A stretch of 63,148 nt of DNA, counting the filler, from Welwitschia mirabilis (lineage: Eukaryota): the NCBI GenBank assembly GCA_051453625.1. It is 6 parts of one record of this genome, joined end to end, with 100 filler letters (N's around TTAATTAATTAA, not from the genome) between each part and the next. Parts side by side here need not be neighbours in the genome. Positions count along the whole stretch, not along the records: positions 1 to 5,424 come from JBOZIK010000001.1; positions 5,525 to 10,716 come from JBOZIK010000001.1; 4 more parts are not named here. The stretch is one strand, 5' to 3'. The notes under the pieces are model-generated. The model was given only the letters and a program-made list of their open reading frames with translations, was not told the origin of the DNA and did not search any database. A program made the translations under genes and the position numbers. This document shows positions 1 through 10,816 of the stretch, in pieces. Numbering within the stretch: position 1 is the stretch's first letter; the number at the start of each line of letters is the position of its first letter.

Positions 1-489
1 TTGACAAGTTCAAGAAGGATTGAGTGCAAAGTGAAAATTAAGAACTACACAACAAATTATGAAATAAAAGATAATGAATAGGTCAAAACATGTCATTATC
101 AAGTAGAAGGATGGATGTTTTTCTTTGTAAAAGAAGGTAGCATAAAAGAGTTTTGTATAAGGAAGTGCATGTGAATGCAATGGACTACTATAACTAAAAG
201 TGATGAGTGAAAGAAGTCAGAACTTTGGAATGTAATAAAATAATTATGAGATGGTGGGAAAATCATCGGGAATAAATGGGACCTAGCCAGAATCTAAGAA
301 TTATGCATTAGGGATTTGTGAGACCTTTAGTTTATGAGGGTCTACTAGATCATGTTCGAAGTATAAGAATGGAATGATTCTCTTTTCTGGTATTCGAGGT
401 GATGACGAGGAAGAAGCTTAAGATCGTGCTTTGACATTTGCCACTATCTGATTTCTTTCCAGTGGCACTAAGATCTTTGATCTGACGAA

Positions 490-800
490 TTCAAGTTCTT
501 GATGGGGTAATAATATAATTGCCCTTGCATCCATAATCCAAGGACGATCTAAAAGTAAGTTGAATGTTGTAGCTTTGTTAATTACATGAAATTCAGTATC
601 CTTGACCTATTGAGCTACCTTAACTAGTAAGGTAACTATTCCCTTGGATTTGTCTTCTCGATCATTAAAACCTCTAATCGTCACACTCTTCTTTGAGTCT
701 AGTAGATATTGCAGTTTAAGTTTGTCTAGGCAAGATGATTCGATAAAGTTTAATTCTGCCCCACAATCGATAAAGGCTCTAGCTACTTTAGTAGAATTAA
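490..800 (-). pseudogene. Retrotransposon aspartic protease (Tat/Ogre type)
   Basis: Manual translation gives RAFIDCGAELNFI ... TEFHVINKATTFNLLLDRPWIMDARAIILLPHQELEF, matching the LIDxG and YNLLLGRPWI..A...HQ.L.F motifs. Confidence 0.88.
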
Positions 801-1232
801 TGTTTACTGAAATGTAGGTGGTTCCATGATTATTGTTTTCCTAAAGGTGGATGAGATATCCTTAGGTTGAAATTGGATTACCTCATAATCGTCATCATTC
901 TTTTGAATNNNNNNNNNNNNNNNNNNNNNNNNNNNNNNNNNNNNNNNNNNNNNNNNNNNNNNNNNNNNACATAGTTTTTTGAATGCTTGTTTATAAGATT
1001 TAGAGTTTTTAATCAATGAAGAGAGGTGATGATACACTTCCTCTACTTTAGAGGCATGCGATTGTGACTGAACGTTTAATCAATAGGTAAATTGACTTCG
1101 AGCGTCTTCTATCTTGACTAATTGTTGTAGCTTACACTTGTTCTCTTGGATAATTTATTCTAATGGTTTTGTTAATTGTTCTTTGATTATCCAAATTGCA
1201 TAAGAGGCATTGTCATCTTGGACTATCACATT

Positions 1233-2753
1233 TTATGGTATCTGTGATGTAGAATCTTGAGTTGGAAATGGGTTTTTATAGATCTTGAGCTGTTCATTTG
1301 CAGCTACAAGAATCATATCAAATTTGATCTCCTTTTTATTCTCGATGATGTCTTGGATGATATGTTTTAAATTACAGCAGTTTTTAGTGTGATGTCCCCT
1401 AATTCTATGGTATTCATAGTATTTTGACTCATCACAACTCTTCAGTTTTGGTGCATTGGGATCTTTCTCCATGATTAGAGGTAGTTGGATTACTCCATTT
1501 TGTAACAAAATTCCAAGGATCTTTGTCAATGGAATTTGCAACCTAGTAAAGTTTCTCCTAGGTCTTTGAATCGTGTTTTGGTTTTTAGACCGATTTTGGT
1601 CTTGGATTTGNNNNNNNNNNNNNNNNNNNNNNNNNNNNNNNNNNNNNNNNNNNNNNNNNNNNNNNNNNNNNNNNNNNNNNNNNNNNNNNNNNNNNNNNNN
1701 NNNNNNNNNNTGTAATAAAATTCTAAGGATTTTTGTTAATGGAATTTGTAACCTAGTGACATTTCTCCTAGGTCTTTGAATTGAATTCTCATTTTAAGAC
1801 CGATTTTGGTCTTAGTTTTGAGTTGCAAAGGGTTGTTATTGATTTTGGGGCTATTATTGAGGTGATTGGAGTTATTGTCATTAAGGTGATGGTGTTCATT
1901 GAAAACTTTATAGTTGTTGAGGTGGGAAGTAAGGTTATCCTACAACTGGTTGAAAGGGAAAAGTATTTAGAGGAAAAGAAGGCTAAAATTGTGATTATTG
2001 CATGGGACTACTGACTAGTTGAAATGGATAACTTGGTTGAGAAGGTTGAATAGGTTGAGAAGTTTGTGAAGTCTGATCGACTACCGCTACATTCTTTGAG
2101 TTATTCGCTTTGTTGTTACTATTTTCTCTTCTTATTGATTCACTTTATGATATGTTACCCTATTTTATGGCACCCTTCTCTCTACCTACGACTTTGATTC
2201 TTTTTGCTAACATGACTGCTTGTTTAAATGTTTCAAACGCTTACATCCTAAGATATTCTAAGATGTATGGAACACATGATTTGACAAAGAGATATGCCAT
2301 GGCAGAATCGGCAATGGGGGTTTCTAATTGTAAAGTGATAACTCTTCATCGTCGAGTGTAATTTTGGATGGTCTCATTGAATTATTATTTCATTATTGTT
2401 AAAGAGTCTAAGGTCATTTTCATAAATAACTCAAATAGTTGTTTGAGACTAGCGATGGAATGAGTCGATAGGCGATGATACCATTCAAGGGCTTATGGCT
2501 TAAGGGATCGATAAAATAGATGATGTGTAGTATTTCTTTCGATGTTACGCATGTGGTAGGTGTATTTAAAGTTTATAATGTGAATAATAAGGTCTTTGAC
2601 ACCTGTAAAATTCTCGAAGTCGGGCATTTCGCTAGGTGAGATTACTTTACGATGGACAGAGGGGTGGATTGGTGTATCGTCGAAGTCTGTGTTAAGATAG
2701 TTCTTCTTGGTTTGGAGGCCTTGTTTGATGTTATTGATAGCCTTCCATAACAT
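1233..2753 (-). pseudogene. gag: gag polyprotein remnant (Tat/Ogre-like), fragmented by stops, frameshifts and a gap
   Basis: ORFs 2493-2753 and 1233-1541 plus the sequence between them carry retrotransposon gag core and zinc-knuckle-like motifs. Confidence 0.82.
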
Positions 2754-3290
2754 GTTGAATTCAGTTGATTGAATTTGGGGTTTGTCATTATTAGGTTGTT
2801 CAACCTTACTTGGCTCATCCTCATTTATTTCATATTTAAATAGACTATCATCGTCGAAGTATTTCTTTGGGATTTGTGGTTGAGGTTTTCATGTTATTCC
2901 AGGTTTTTCATCGCGACTCCATTTGTTTACAAACTCCGTGTTTTCGTCATATTTTTATGAAAATGGATCTTCAGGGAGAACCTTATTCTCGTTGTCTAAA
3001 ATTACTAGTTTTCTAATTGCTAAGAAATGAATTCTTTGGGTGGGATGGTTTAGATAGCCTTCCCAGTAGCTCTTATAGTCGTTCATTATACGAAGTTCGT
3101 CATAGATGAGGGATAAAGGGTGTTGTTAGACAAGTACCTTGTACTTGTCTTAGAGATGTAGGCTTATTTCCCAGGGGTGAACATTAGCATTATGGCTATT
3201 GTGTATAACAAGGTGATAGAAGAGGATAAAGCAAATGTAGTCAATCAATAAAAATAATCTAGGAAAATGATAATAGACCTACATGAGGGG

Positions 3291-3307
3291 CCCTCCTTCT
3301 AGCGCCA
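3291..3307 (-). promoter_or_regulatory. Primer binding site complementary to tRNA-Asn
   Basis: The + strand reads CCCTCCTTCTAGCGCCA, matching the 3' end (with CCA) of plant cytosolic tRNA-Asn(GUU) as recalled. It lies 3 nt from the LTR terminus (minus strand ...AACA GTT TGGCGCTAG). Confidence 0.85.
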
Positions 3308-3841
3308 AACTGTTATGATAAATTTTATTTGCAATAATTAAATGATTTTGGTTGATTTCGATTCTATTTAGTGCTATCTTTTAGTGCTAAAATGATGTGA
3401 CAATAATAACGAAATGTTGTACAAGACTTGATACTAGAATTATCTAACAAGGACGTTTAATAAAAATAAGACTAATTTTTTTTGTAAGCCTATGGATTAA
3501 ACTAAAACCTCATTAGAATTTCATGATTTTTTTGATAAAATATTAAAAAAAGAGAGATTATATCTAATTAAAAAAAAATTAACATGGACAAGAAGAGATT
3601 TATAATTTTTTTATTTTAAAAATGATGATATAGGTTTTTTTAATATAATTTAAAAAAAATGTCTCAATGGATCTAATAAAAAGAAAAGGTTTGAATCTTA
3701 ACTACAATGTAAATAATGATGACATAAAAAAAAAGGTAATTCCTTTTTTAACAACTAAACTATCGAAAATGTGAAATGACAATGCAAAGAATAAATCCAC
3801 TTTAAAACAAATCACATAATTTTTTTTATTACATGTAGAAC

Positions 3842-4940
3842 TTGGGATCTATGATTTGCCATTCTGCTATTTCTCAAGGCGTTCCTGCAACATGCTTCTT
3901 TGCTGTGCGATGTCACTCTAGTGTCATTCTCTTTATTGCCTATGATCTCTTTGTTATCTCCTGGCATTCTCTTTGTGACACTGCTGTGATACCTCTGATG
4001 CACCTTGCTCTTTGTTGCACTTTGTGCCTTCTCTGCTCGTGGTGCATTGCTTCTCTCTGTTGTTGTCTCTACTGTGCCTTTATGTTCTCTAGTTGGTGTC
4101 TTCTGATGTGCCATTCTATTATGCTTTGTATGTCCCCACGTTCTCTTTGGCGTCAGTGTCTCTTTTCTATGATGTTGTTTCTCCTATGTGATGCGTGTTT
4201 TGGATCACTTCATTTCTCTGATTTATTTTTTCTCTATTGCTCTGGATCTCGGCGTTTCCCTCTCCTCTATTCTGGTGTGTTTCCATTGTTATGTCTCCCC
4301 TCTCTGCATTTTTCATCGCTTCCCTCTTTGGTGTGCATTTTTGCCTCTGTCATTTGATGCCTCCACCCGTTCTGTTCCCTCTGATATTGTCATTGATTTT
4401 TGCTACTTTCTCTAATCTCTTTCCGATTTTCTCTATTACTATAATGATCCTTGGTGTTATTTGATGCGCCTGTCTGCGTTGCTAATGTGCTTCTTGCTGT
4501 TCCCTCTGGTGTGCGTCTTTTGACATCATTTTCTCCTTCTGCTTTGATGATATATCACTTCTCTCCTTGATGATCCTCTACTCTTCTGCTCTGAGAATTG
4601 CCTCCCTCTTCCCAGCGTTTGATCTTCTATTACTGGTGTTTTTGGCCATGCATCTCTCTTTGTTATCATCTTTGTTTCTGGCGTTTTGTTGTCGTTTTTA
4701 TTTCTAGCGCTACTGATTACCTTTTCTTTTAGTCAATCCTCCCTCCTCTACTACTACGTGCCCTTCTGTTTCTACTCTGTTCTTTGTGGATCCTTCGCCT
4801 GTGATGCTCTTTCGGTCGTTTCCCCTTGTGATTCTCTCTTCTTTTGCCTCCTTTTCTTCTGATGTTTTCTGATGTTGTTGTCCTCCTTGGTCTGTGTGGT
4901 ATGCTTAATTCATTATCACCTTCGCTTCTCTGAGATATCT
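3842..4940. repeat. Pyrimidine-skewed low-complexity tract with degenerate short repeats
   Basis: The + strand is strongly T/C-rich and A-poor, with recurring CTCTTTGGTGTGC- and TTGATGC-like words. Confidence 0.5.
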
Positions 4941-5424
4941 TTTCAAATTTATTCTTGAGTCCAACCTATAGATCTTGATTTATTGGGATACTTACCAAAG
5001 TCCACATGAGTGAAGGGCATGTGTTACAGAAGTGCTGGCATTTTTTCATAACTTAAATATTAACAAACGCATAGTTATTTTCATAAATCTTTATGATTTT
5101 TATGACACGTATCACCAGTGAGAACTTTATAGGCTAATACACCATACGCTGCATTCAAAAAAAAAAAAAGAAGAAGAATCTGAATGAAATTAAGCATGAC
5201 AGAAACTTGTGTCCTAGCATGGAAAAGTGCTTATGAAGGCTTGGTCATCTCGAACACAAGTATGGGGATTTTATGGATTTAATCCGAAGGAAATTAAGCA
5301 ATGACTAAGTAGTTTTATAAGATTTCTATGTTGGATTTTAGTCAGCACCTGCACTTCACTGATGAAATCCGTATTATATTGATGTACATCCAACACATTT
5401 CACTGCCTTTCACATACTTGCACT

Positions 5425-5524
5425 NNNNNNNNNNNNNNNNNNNNNNNNNNNNNNNNNNNNNNNNNNNNTTAATTAATTAANNNNNNNNNNNNNNNNNNNN
5501 NNNNNNNNNNNNNNNNNNNNNNNN
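5425..5524. other. Artificial scaffold-joining linker N44-TTAATTAATTAA-N44
   Basis: TTAATTAATTAA (stops in all six frames) at 5469-5480, centred in Ns. The same structure occurs five times. Confidence 0.97.
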
Positions 5525-7729
5525 AAGCTTATGGATGCTGGGATTATTTATGCCATTGCCAATAGTGAGTGGGTTAGTCCTTTAATAGTAGTGCCAAAGA
5601 AAGGAGGAAAATGGAGAATGTGCATTAATTTTAAAAAACTCATGAGGTCACCAAAAAGGATCATTATCCTTTACCTTTTCTTGATCAAGTTCTTCATAGA
5701 ATCCAAGGTCATTCTTGTTATTGTTTTCTCGACGGGTATAATGGCTATAACCAAATTTACATAGCAAGTGAAGATCAAGCTAAAACTACCTTTTCATCTC
5801 CCTTTGGAACCTTTGCTTTCAAACGAATGCCTTTTTGACTTTTGCAATGCCCCTGGGACTTTCCAATGAGCCATGATGGGAATATTTTTTAACATGATAG
5901 AAGACTTTATAGAAATCTTCATGGATGATTTTTCCATCTTTGATGATACTTTTGAACAAACTGTACTGAGATTAGAAAAAATCCTTGATAGATGTATTGA
6001 AAGTGTATTACTCTTAAGTTGGGAAAAGAGTTTCTTTCTCATTTAACATGGAATTGTTTTGAGTCATCACATTTCAATAGAAGGGATTAGGATGGACCCC
6101 ACAAAAGTAGACATCATCAAAAACCTTAACCCTCCAACAAATGTCAAACAAGTTCAATCCTTTCTTGGACATGTGGGATTTTACCGTCGATTCATCCATG
6201 ACTATGCCAAAACTTGTAAACCTCTTTACTCTCTTCTTGAAAAAGATGTTAAATTCGAGTGCTCGGACTCATGCCAACTTTCTTTTGAAACTCTAAAAGA
6301 TAAAATCTCTTTAGAACCTATTGTTACGGGTCCTAATTGGAACAAATACTTTAAACTTATATGTGATGTAAGCAATGTTGCCATATGAGGGGGGGAGGGG
6401 GGCCTAAACTAACTATACTAACACTGAGGAAGAGATGCATGCAATCATTTTTTGTTTGGATCATCTTTGACACTATCTTCTCGGGTTCCACATCAATGTC
6501 TACATAGACCACACAATCATTCCTTACCTCATAACAAAGAAAGATTCTAGTGCTAGACTTATTAGATGGATCTTTCTAATGCAAGAAATTAATATTACCA
6601 TAATTGATAAGGCTGGAAAACATAATAGTGTGGCTGACCATCTTTCTCGTCTTACTTTCTCCATTGATGAAACTCCTATTGATGATTCTTTTCCCAGTGA
6701 GCAACTCTTTGCAATTTCACAATTATGTGCTATCCCTTCTTCTCATCCTGCTTCTTGTTATGCTAACATCATCAATTATCTAGTGACAATGAAAACCCCT
6801 TAGCATTAGAACCATAATCAATGAAAAACTTTTCTCCATAGGATCGGTGATTATGAGTGGAATGAGCCACATCTTTATAGACGTTGCAAAGATCAAATTA
6901 TGCATAAACGTGTACCTGAATGGAAAATTTTTGAAATATTAACTCTTTGTCATGGTGGAGTTTGTGGGGGATATTTTGGTGGCCAAAAGACCACCATGAA
7001 AATCCTTCACTTTGGATTCTATTGGCTAACTCTTTTTAAAGATTCATTTGACTTTTCTTGGAAGTGTAATGCTTGTCAACATTATGGTAGCCTCACTCGT
7101 TCTAATGATATGTCTCTAAAACCTATACTTGAATTTGAACCTTTCGATTGTTGAGGAATCGATTTTGTAGGCCAAGTCTTCGATCTTCTAATGAGAAAAA
7201 TTATATTTTATTCACTGTGAACTATGTTACCAAATGGGTCAAAGCTGTTCCTACCTCCAAAAATGATACCTGAACTGTTTGCAATTTTGTTAAAACTTAT
7301 TCTTTCAATGATTTAGTTTTCCATGTATTATCATTAGTGATCAAGATACCCATTTCATCAATCACCTCTTTCGAAAACTTCTTCTATCCATTGGTGTTGA
7401 ACATTGAGTCACTTGTGCTTATCACTCTTAAACCAATGGTCTAGCTGAAAATTGTAAATACAGAGATTAAGAAAATGCTTCAAAAATTAGTTTTAGTCAA
7501 TAAGAAGACTTTGTCCTCTAAACGTAATGATGTTCTTTAGGCTTATCACACTACTTGGCATAACTCTTTGGGTTTCACACCCTACGAACTTATGTACGGT
7601 AAAGTATGTATGTTATCAGTTGATGTTTGTTATAATTCTTATTGTTCCACCCATCAACTGAACCTTGATGACCTTAATGAAAATCTCAAAATTTGCCTAG
7701 CACAACTTAACCATATTGATGAAAAACGT
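5525..7729 (+). pseudogene. pol: Athila-type pol (RT, RNase H, integrase), degenerate
   Basis: RT: DAGIIYAIANSEWVSPLIVVPKKGG, IEIFMDDFSI, SFLGHVGFYRRFI. RH: LICDVSN, LIRWIFLMQE, NSVADHLSRL. INT: CHGGVCGGYFGG...GFYW, FEPFDC*GIDFVG, GFTPYELMYGKVC. Many stops and frameshifts. Confidence 0.93.
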
Positions 7730-10280
7730 NNNNNNNNNNNNNNNNNNNNNNNNNNNNNNNNNNNNNNNNNNNNNNNNNNNNNNNNNNNNNNNNNNNNNNN
7801 NNNNNNNNNNNNNNNNNNNNNNNNNNNNNNNNNNNNNNNNNNNNNNNNNNNNNNNNNNNNNNNNNNNNNNNNNNNNNNNNNNNNNNNNNNNNNNNNNNNN
7901 NNNNNNNNNNNNNNNNNNNNNNNNNNNNNNNNNNNNNNNNNNNNNNNNNNNNNNNNNNNNNNNNNNNNNNNNNNNNNNNNNNNNNNNNNNNNNNNNNNNN
8001 NNNNNNNNNNNNNNNNNNNNNNNNNNNNNNNNNNNNNNNNNNNNNNNNNNNNNNNNNNNNNNNNNNNNNNNNNNNNNNNNNNNNNNNNNNNNNNNNNNNN
8101 NNNNNNNNNNNNNNNNNNNNNNNNNNNNNNNNNNNNNNNNNNNNNNNNNNNNNNNNNNNNNNNNNNNNNNNNNNNNNNNNNNNNNNNNNNNNNNNNNNNN
8201 NNNNNNNNNNNNNNNNNNNNNNNNNNNNNNNNNNNNNNNNNNNNNNNNNNNNNNNNNNNNNNNNNNNNNNNNNNNNNNNNNNNNNNNNNNNNNNNNNNNN
8301 NNNNNNNNNNNNNNNNNNNNNNNNNNNNNNNNNNNNNNNNNNNNNNNNNNNNNNNNNNNNNNNNNNNNNNNNNNNNNNNNNNNNNNNNNNNNNNNNNNNN
8401 NNNNNNNNNNNNNNNNNNNNNNNNNNNNNNNNNNNNNNNNNNNNNNNNNNNNNNNNNNNNNNNNNNNNNNNNNNNNNNNNNNNNNNNNNNNNNNNNNNNN
8501 NNNNNNNNNNNNNNNNNNNNNNNNNNNNNNNNNNNNNNNNNNNNNNNNNNNNNNNNNNNNNNNNNNNNNNNNNNNNNNNNNNNNNNNNNNNNNNNNNNNN
8601 NNNNNNNNNNNNNNNNNNNNNNNNNNNNNNNNNNNNNNNNNNNNNNNNNNNNNNNNNNNNNNNNNNNNNNNNNNNNNNNNNNNNNNNNNNNNNNNNNNNN
8701 NNNNNNNNNNNNNNTTTTAATGATTTTTTGTCTTATCATTCATTGTTCGATCACATTAGCATACTTAACATTGTTATAATCATTGCCCTATTGAGTGGAA
8801 TTTTATGAAGTTCTACACTATGTCATGCTTTATTATTCAGATGATTTTTATGATTGTTGCTATGGGAATTTGTTAGGTCAGCATTTAGGATAATATCGCA
8901 ATTTTCTTCATGTTCCTATTTTCCATTTTCATTTTGTTTCTCTCTTGTTATTNNNNNNNNNNNNNNNNNNNNNNNNNNNNNNNNNNNNNNNNNNNNNNNN
9001 NNNNNNNNNNNNNNNNNNNNNNNNNNNNNNNNNNNNNNNNNNNNNNNNNNNNGTCAGCATTTAGGATAATATCGCAATTTTCTTCATGTTCCTATTTTCC
9101 ATTTTCATTTTGTTTCTCTCTTGTTATTTCGCTAAAACCTTCTAAGCTATTTCTTTATACTTTTTCCACATGGACTTAATCATTTTCTAGTTTCTTATGA
9201 TGTTTTTCTAGAGGCTGGTGTTTCTTTCTACTCGATTTCCATGATCTAATGAGTTCTCACATCCGCAAATAGTATTCTTTCGATGGTCTCTTTTTCCTGT
9301 GTCATCCTTCACTCCTCCAGTATNNNNNNNNNNNNNNNNNNNNNNNNNNNNNNNNNNNNNNNNNNNNNNNNNNNNNNNNNNNNNNNNNNNNNNNNNNNNN
9401 NNNNNNNNNNNNNNNNNNNNNNNTGATGTTTTTCTAGAGGCTGGTGTTTCTTTCTACTCGGTTTCCATGATCTAATGCGTTCTCGCATCCGCAAATAGTA
9501 TTCTTTCTATGGTCTCTTTTTCCTGTGTCATCCTCCACTCCTCCATTATATTTTTACCTCTCTAGTGCTTTACTCTATTTTTGGTTTTTAATCAGGTTTT
9601 TTGATTTTGTTGTCCACTTTAGTCATCACCATGATAAAAGGGGATGACAATCTCCTTCTTTTAGGTGCAATCTGTGATGGCTTGNNNNNNNNNNNNNNNN
9701 NNNNNNNNNNNNNNNNNNNNNNNNNNNNNNNNNNNNNNNNNNNNNNNNNNNNNNNNNNNNNNNNNNNNNNNNNNNNNNNNNNNNTGCTTCTCCTGTGGTG
9801 GTGGTGGGGAGGGGGTAGGACACCTTTCTGGGTGTTGAACTATTAATGATTTAATCTGCAAAGTTGTTCTGGATAAAATATTTTGAGCATTCATGCACTT
9901 TTGACATGCAGGACCAGCAACATTTGCACTTTTTTTTCCTTATCATTAGAATTATGATATATTTTCTATTGTTCCTTGCCTCATCAAATGATACTATTAT
10001 GAGCTGTGCAATATAAAAAATTTTTAAGCTATTATGATAGTCTTTTATTATTGTTCTTTATTATGCATACACAAATTCACTTTTATGAGTCATTCAGTCA
10101 CTTTCTGAATTTTATTTGTGTTGCATTCATCCTATAGTAACCTGTTTAAGTAGGAGGCTTTGAATTTTTCTTTAGAATTTGTAGTTTCCTAATTGATGAT
10201 ATCATTTTTATAGACTCAATTATAATTAGTGTGCAGTACTTTTAAATTGGCTCACAATCTAGTGATCACTTACTTTTTCA

Positions 10281-10308
10281 GGGACTGACAAGGGTAAGTA
10301 GAGGGCTA
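10281..10308 (+). promoter_or_regulatory. Polypurine tract of Athila-like element
   Basis: GGGACTGACAAGGGTAAGTAGAGGGCTA lies immediately before TGTTGCG. A homologous reverse-complement sequence follows the LTR at 39521-39550. Confidence 0.75.
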
Positions 10309-10716
10309 TGTTGCGATGCCAATTTGTGGAAATTTGATAGTGTGTTTTAAGTAATTCTGCAAGGCATTTATTCAGGTTTTGATGTAATACTGATGATTAT
10401 GAAGGAGTGATAGGATGATTAGAAAAACAGGTGATATCTAGCATCTTTGACAATTTCTTGAGCTTATTCTGAGATTGCAGGATAGGAGAAGAATGGAATA
10501 ATGCAAAGATTAATTTATCTTGAAAAAAGAAGAAAAGAAGATCGTCGTCACCTCTGTCATGCAGACGACACAAGACTACAGGATTGCTGACATAGACAGA
10601 AGCCTACGGTGCTAACCGTAGGACCTGGCACATGCATCGAGAAGGTATCATCCATATCATCATTCGGACGATAATGAAGATGATATGCCAGGAAGTGCAT
10701 AGCACAAAAAACAAGG
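10309..10716 (+). repeat. Athila-family LTR, 5' part (cut by linker)
   Basis: Starts TGTTGCGATGCCAA, the reverse complement of the LTR ends at 15105, 32636, 39520 and 46959. Confidence 0.8.
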
Positions 10717-10816
10717 NNNNNNNNNNNNNNNNNNNNNNNNNNNNNNNNNNNNNNNNNNNNTTAATTAATTAANNNNNNNNNNNNNNNNNNNNNNNNNNNN
10801 NNNNNNNNNNNNNNNN
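10717..10816. other. Artificial scaffold-joining linker
   Basis: TTAATTAATTAA at 10761-10772 within Ns. Confidence 0.97.

Larger units (their letters stand above)
1..3311 (-). mobile_element. Ty3/gypsy Tat/Ogre-like LTR retrotransposon, internal region with gag and protease only (degenerate)
   Basis: The minus strand gives a gag core (PDFENFTGVKD..H...LFYRSLKP*ALEWYHRL...SIASL, ~2430-2630), a Tat-type knuckle (YYEYHRIRGHHTKNCCNLKHIIQDII, ~1345-1420) and a protease. The PBS is at 3291-3307 and the LTR edge is at 3311. Confidence 0.88.
5525..10716 (+). mobile_element. Athila-like Ty3/gypsy element: pol, long 3' region, PPT and start of 3' LTR
   Basis: RT-RH-INT motifs at 5525-7730, a PPT at ~10281-10308 and an LTR starting TGTTGCGATGCC at 10309. 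Confidence 0.88.

Noticed and set aside
3291..3307. tRNA-Asn gene
   Set aside because: Only the 3' 17 nt including CCA are present, next to an LTR edge, so it is a PBS.
3842..4464. Cys/Leu/Phe-rich ORFs suggesting membrane proteins
   Set aside because: They are a by-product of A-poor composition (few stop codons), overlap in several frames and show no recognisable motif.
5469..5480. TTAATTAATTAA as a recurring biological motif or repeat array
   Set aside because: It is always centred in 44+44 Ns and has stops in six frames, so it is an assembly spacer.
7568..8779. Long ORFs in the track that span N runs (also ~25250, 36200, 42400, 51020, 52560, 60250)
   Set aside because: They are open only because Ns contain no stop codons.
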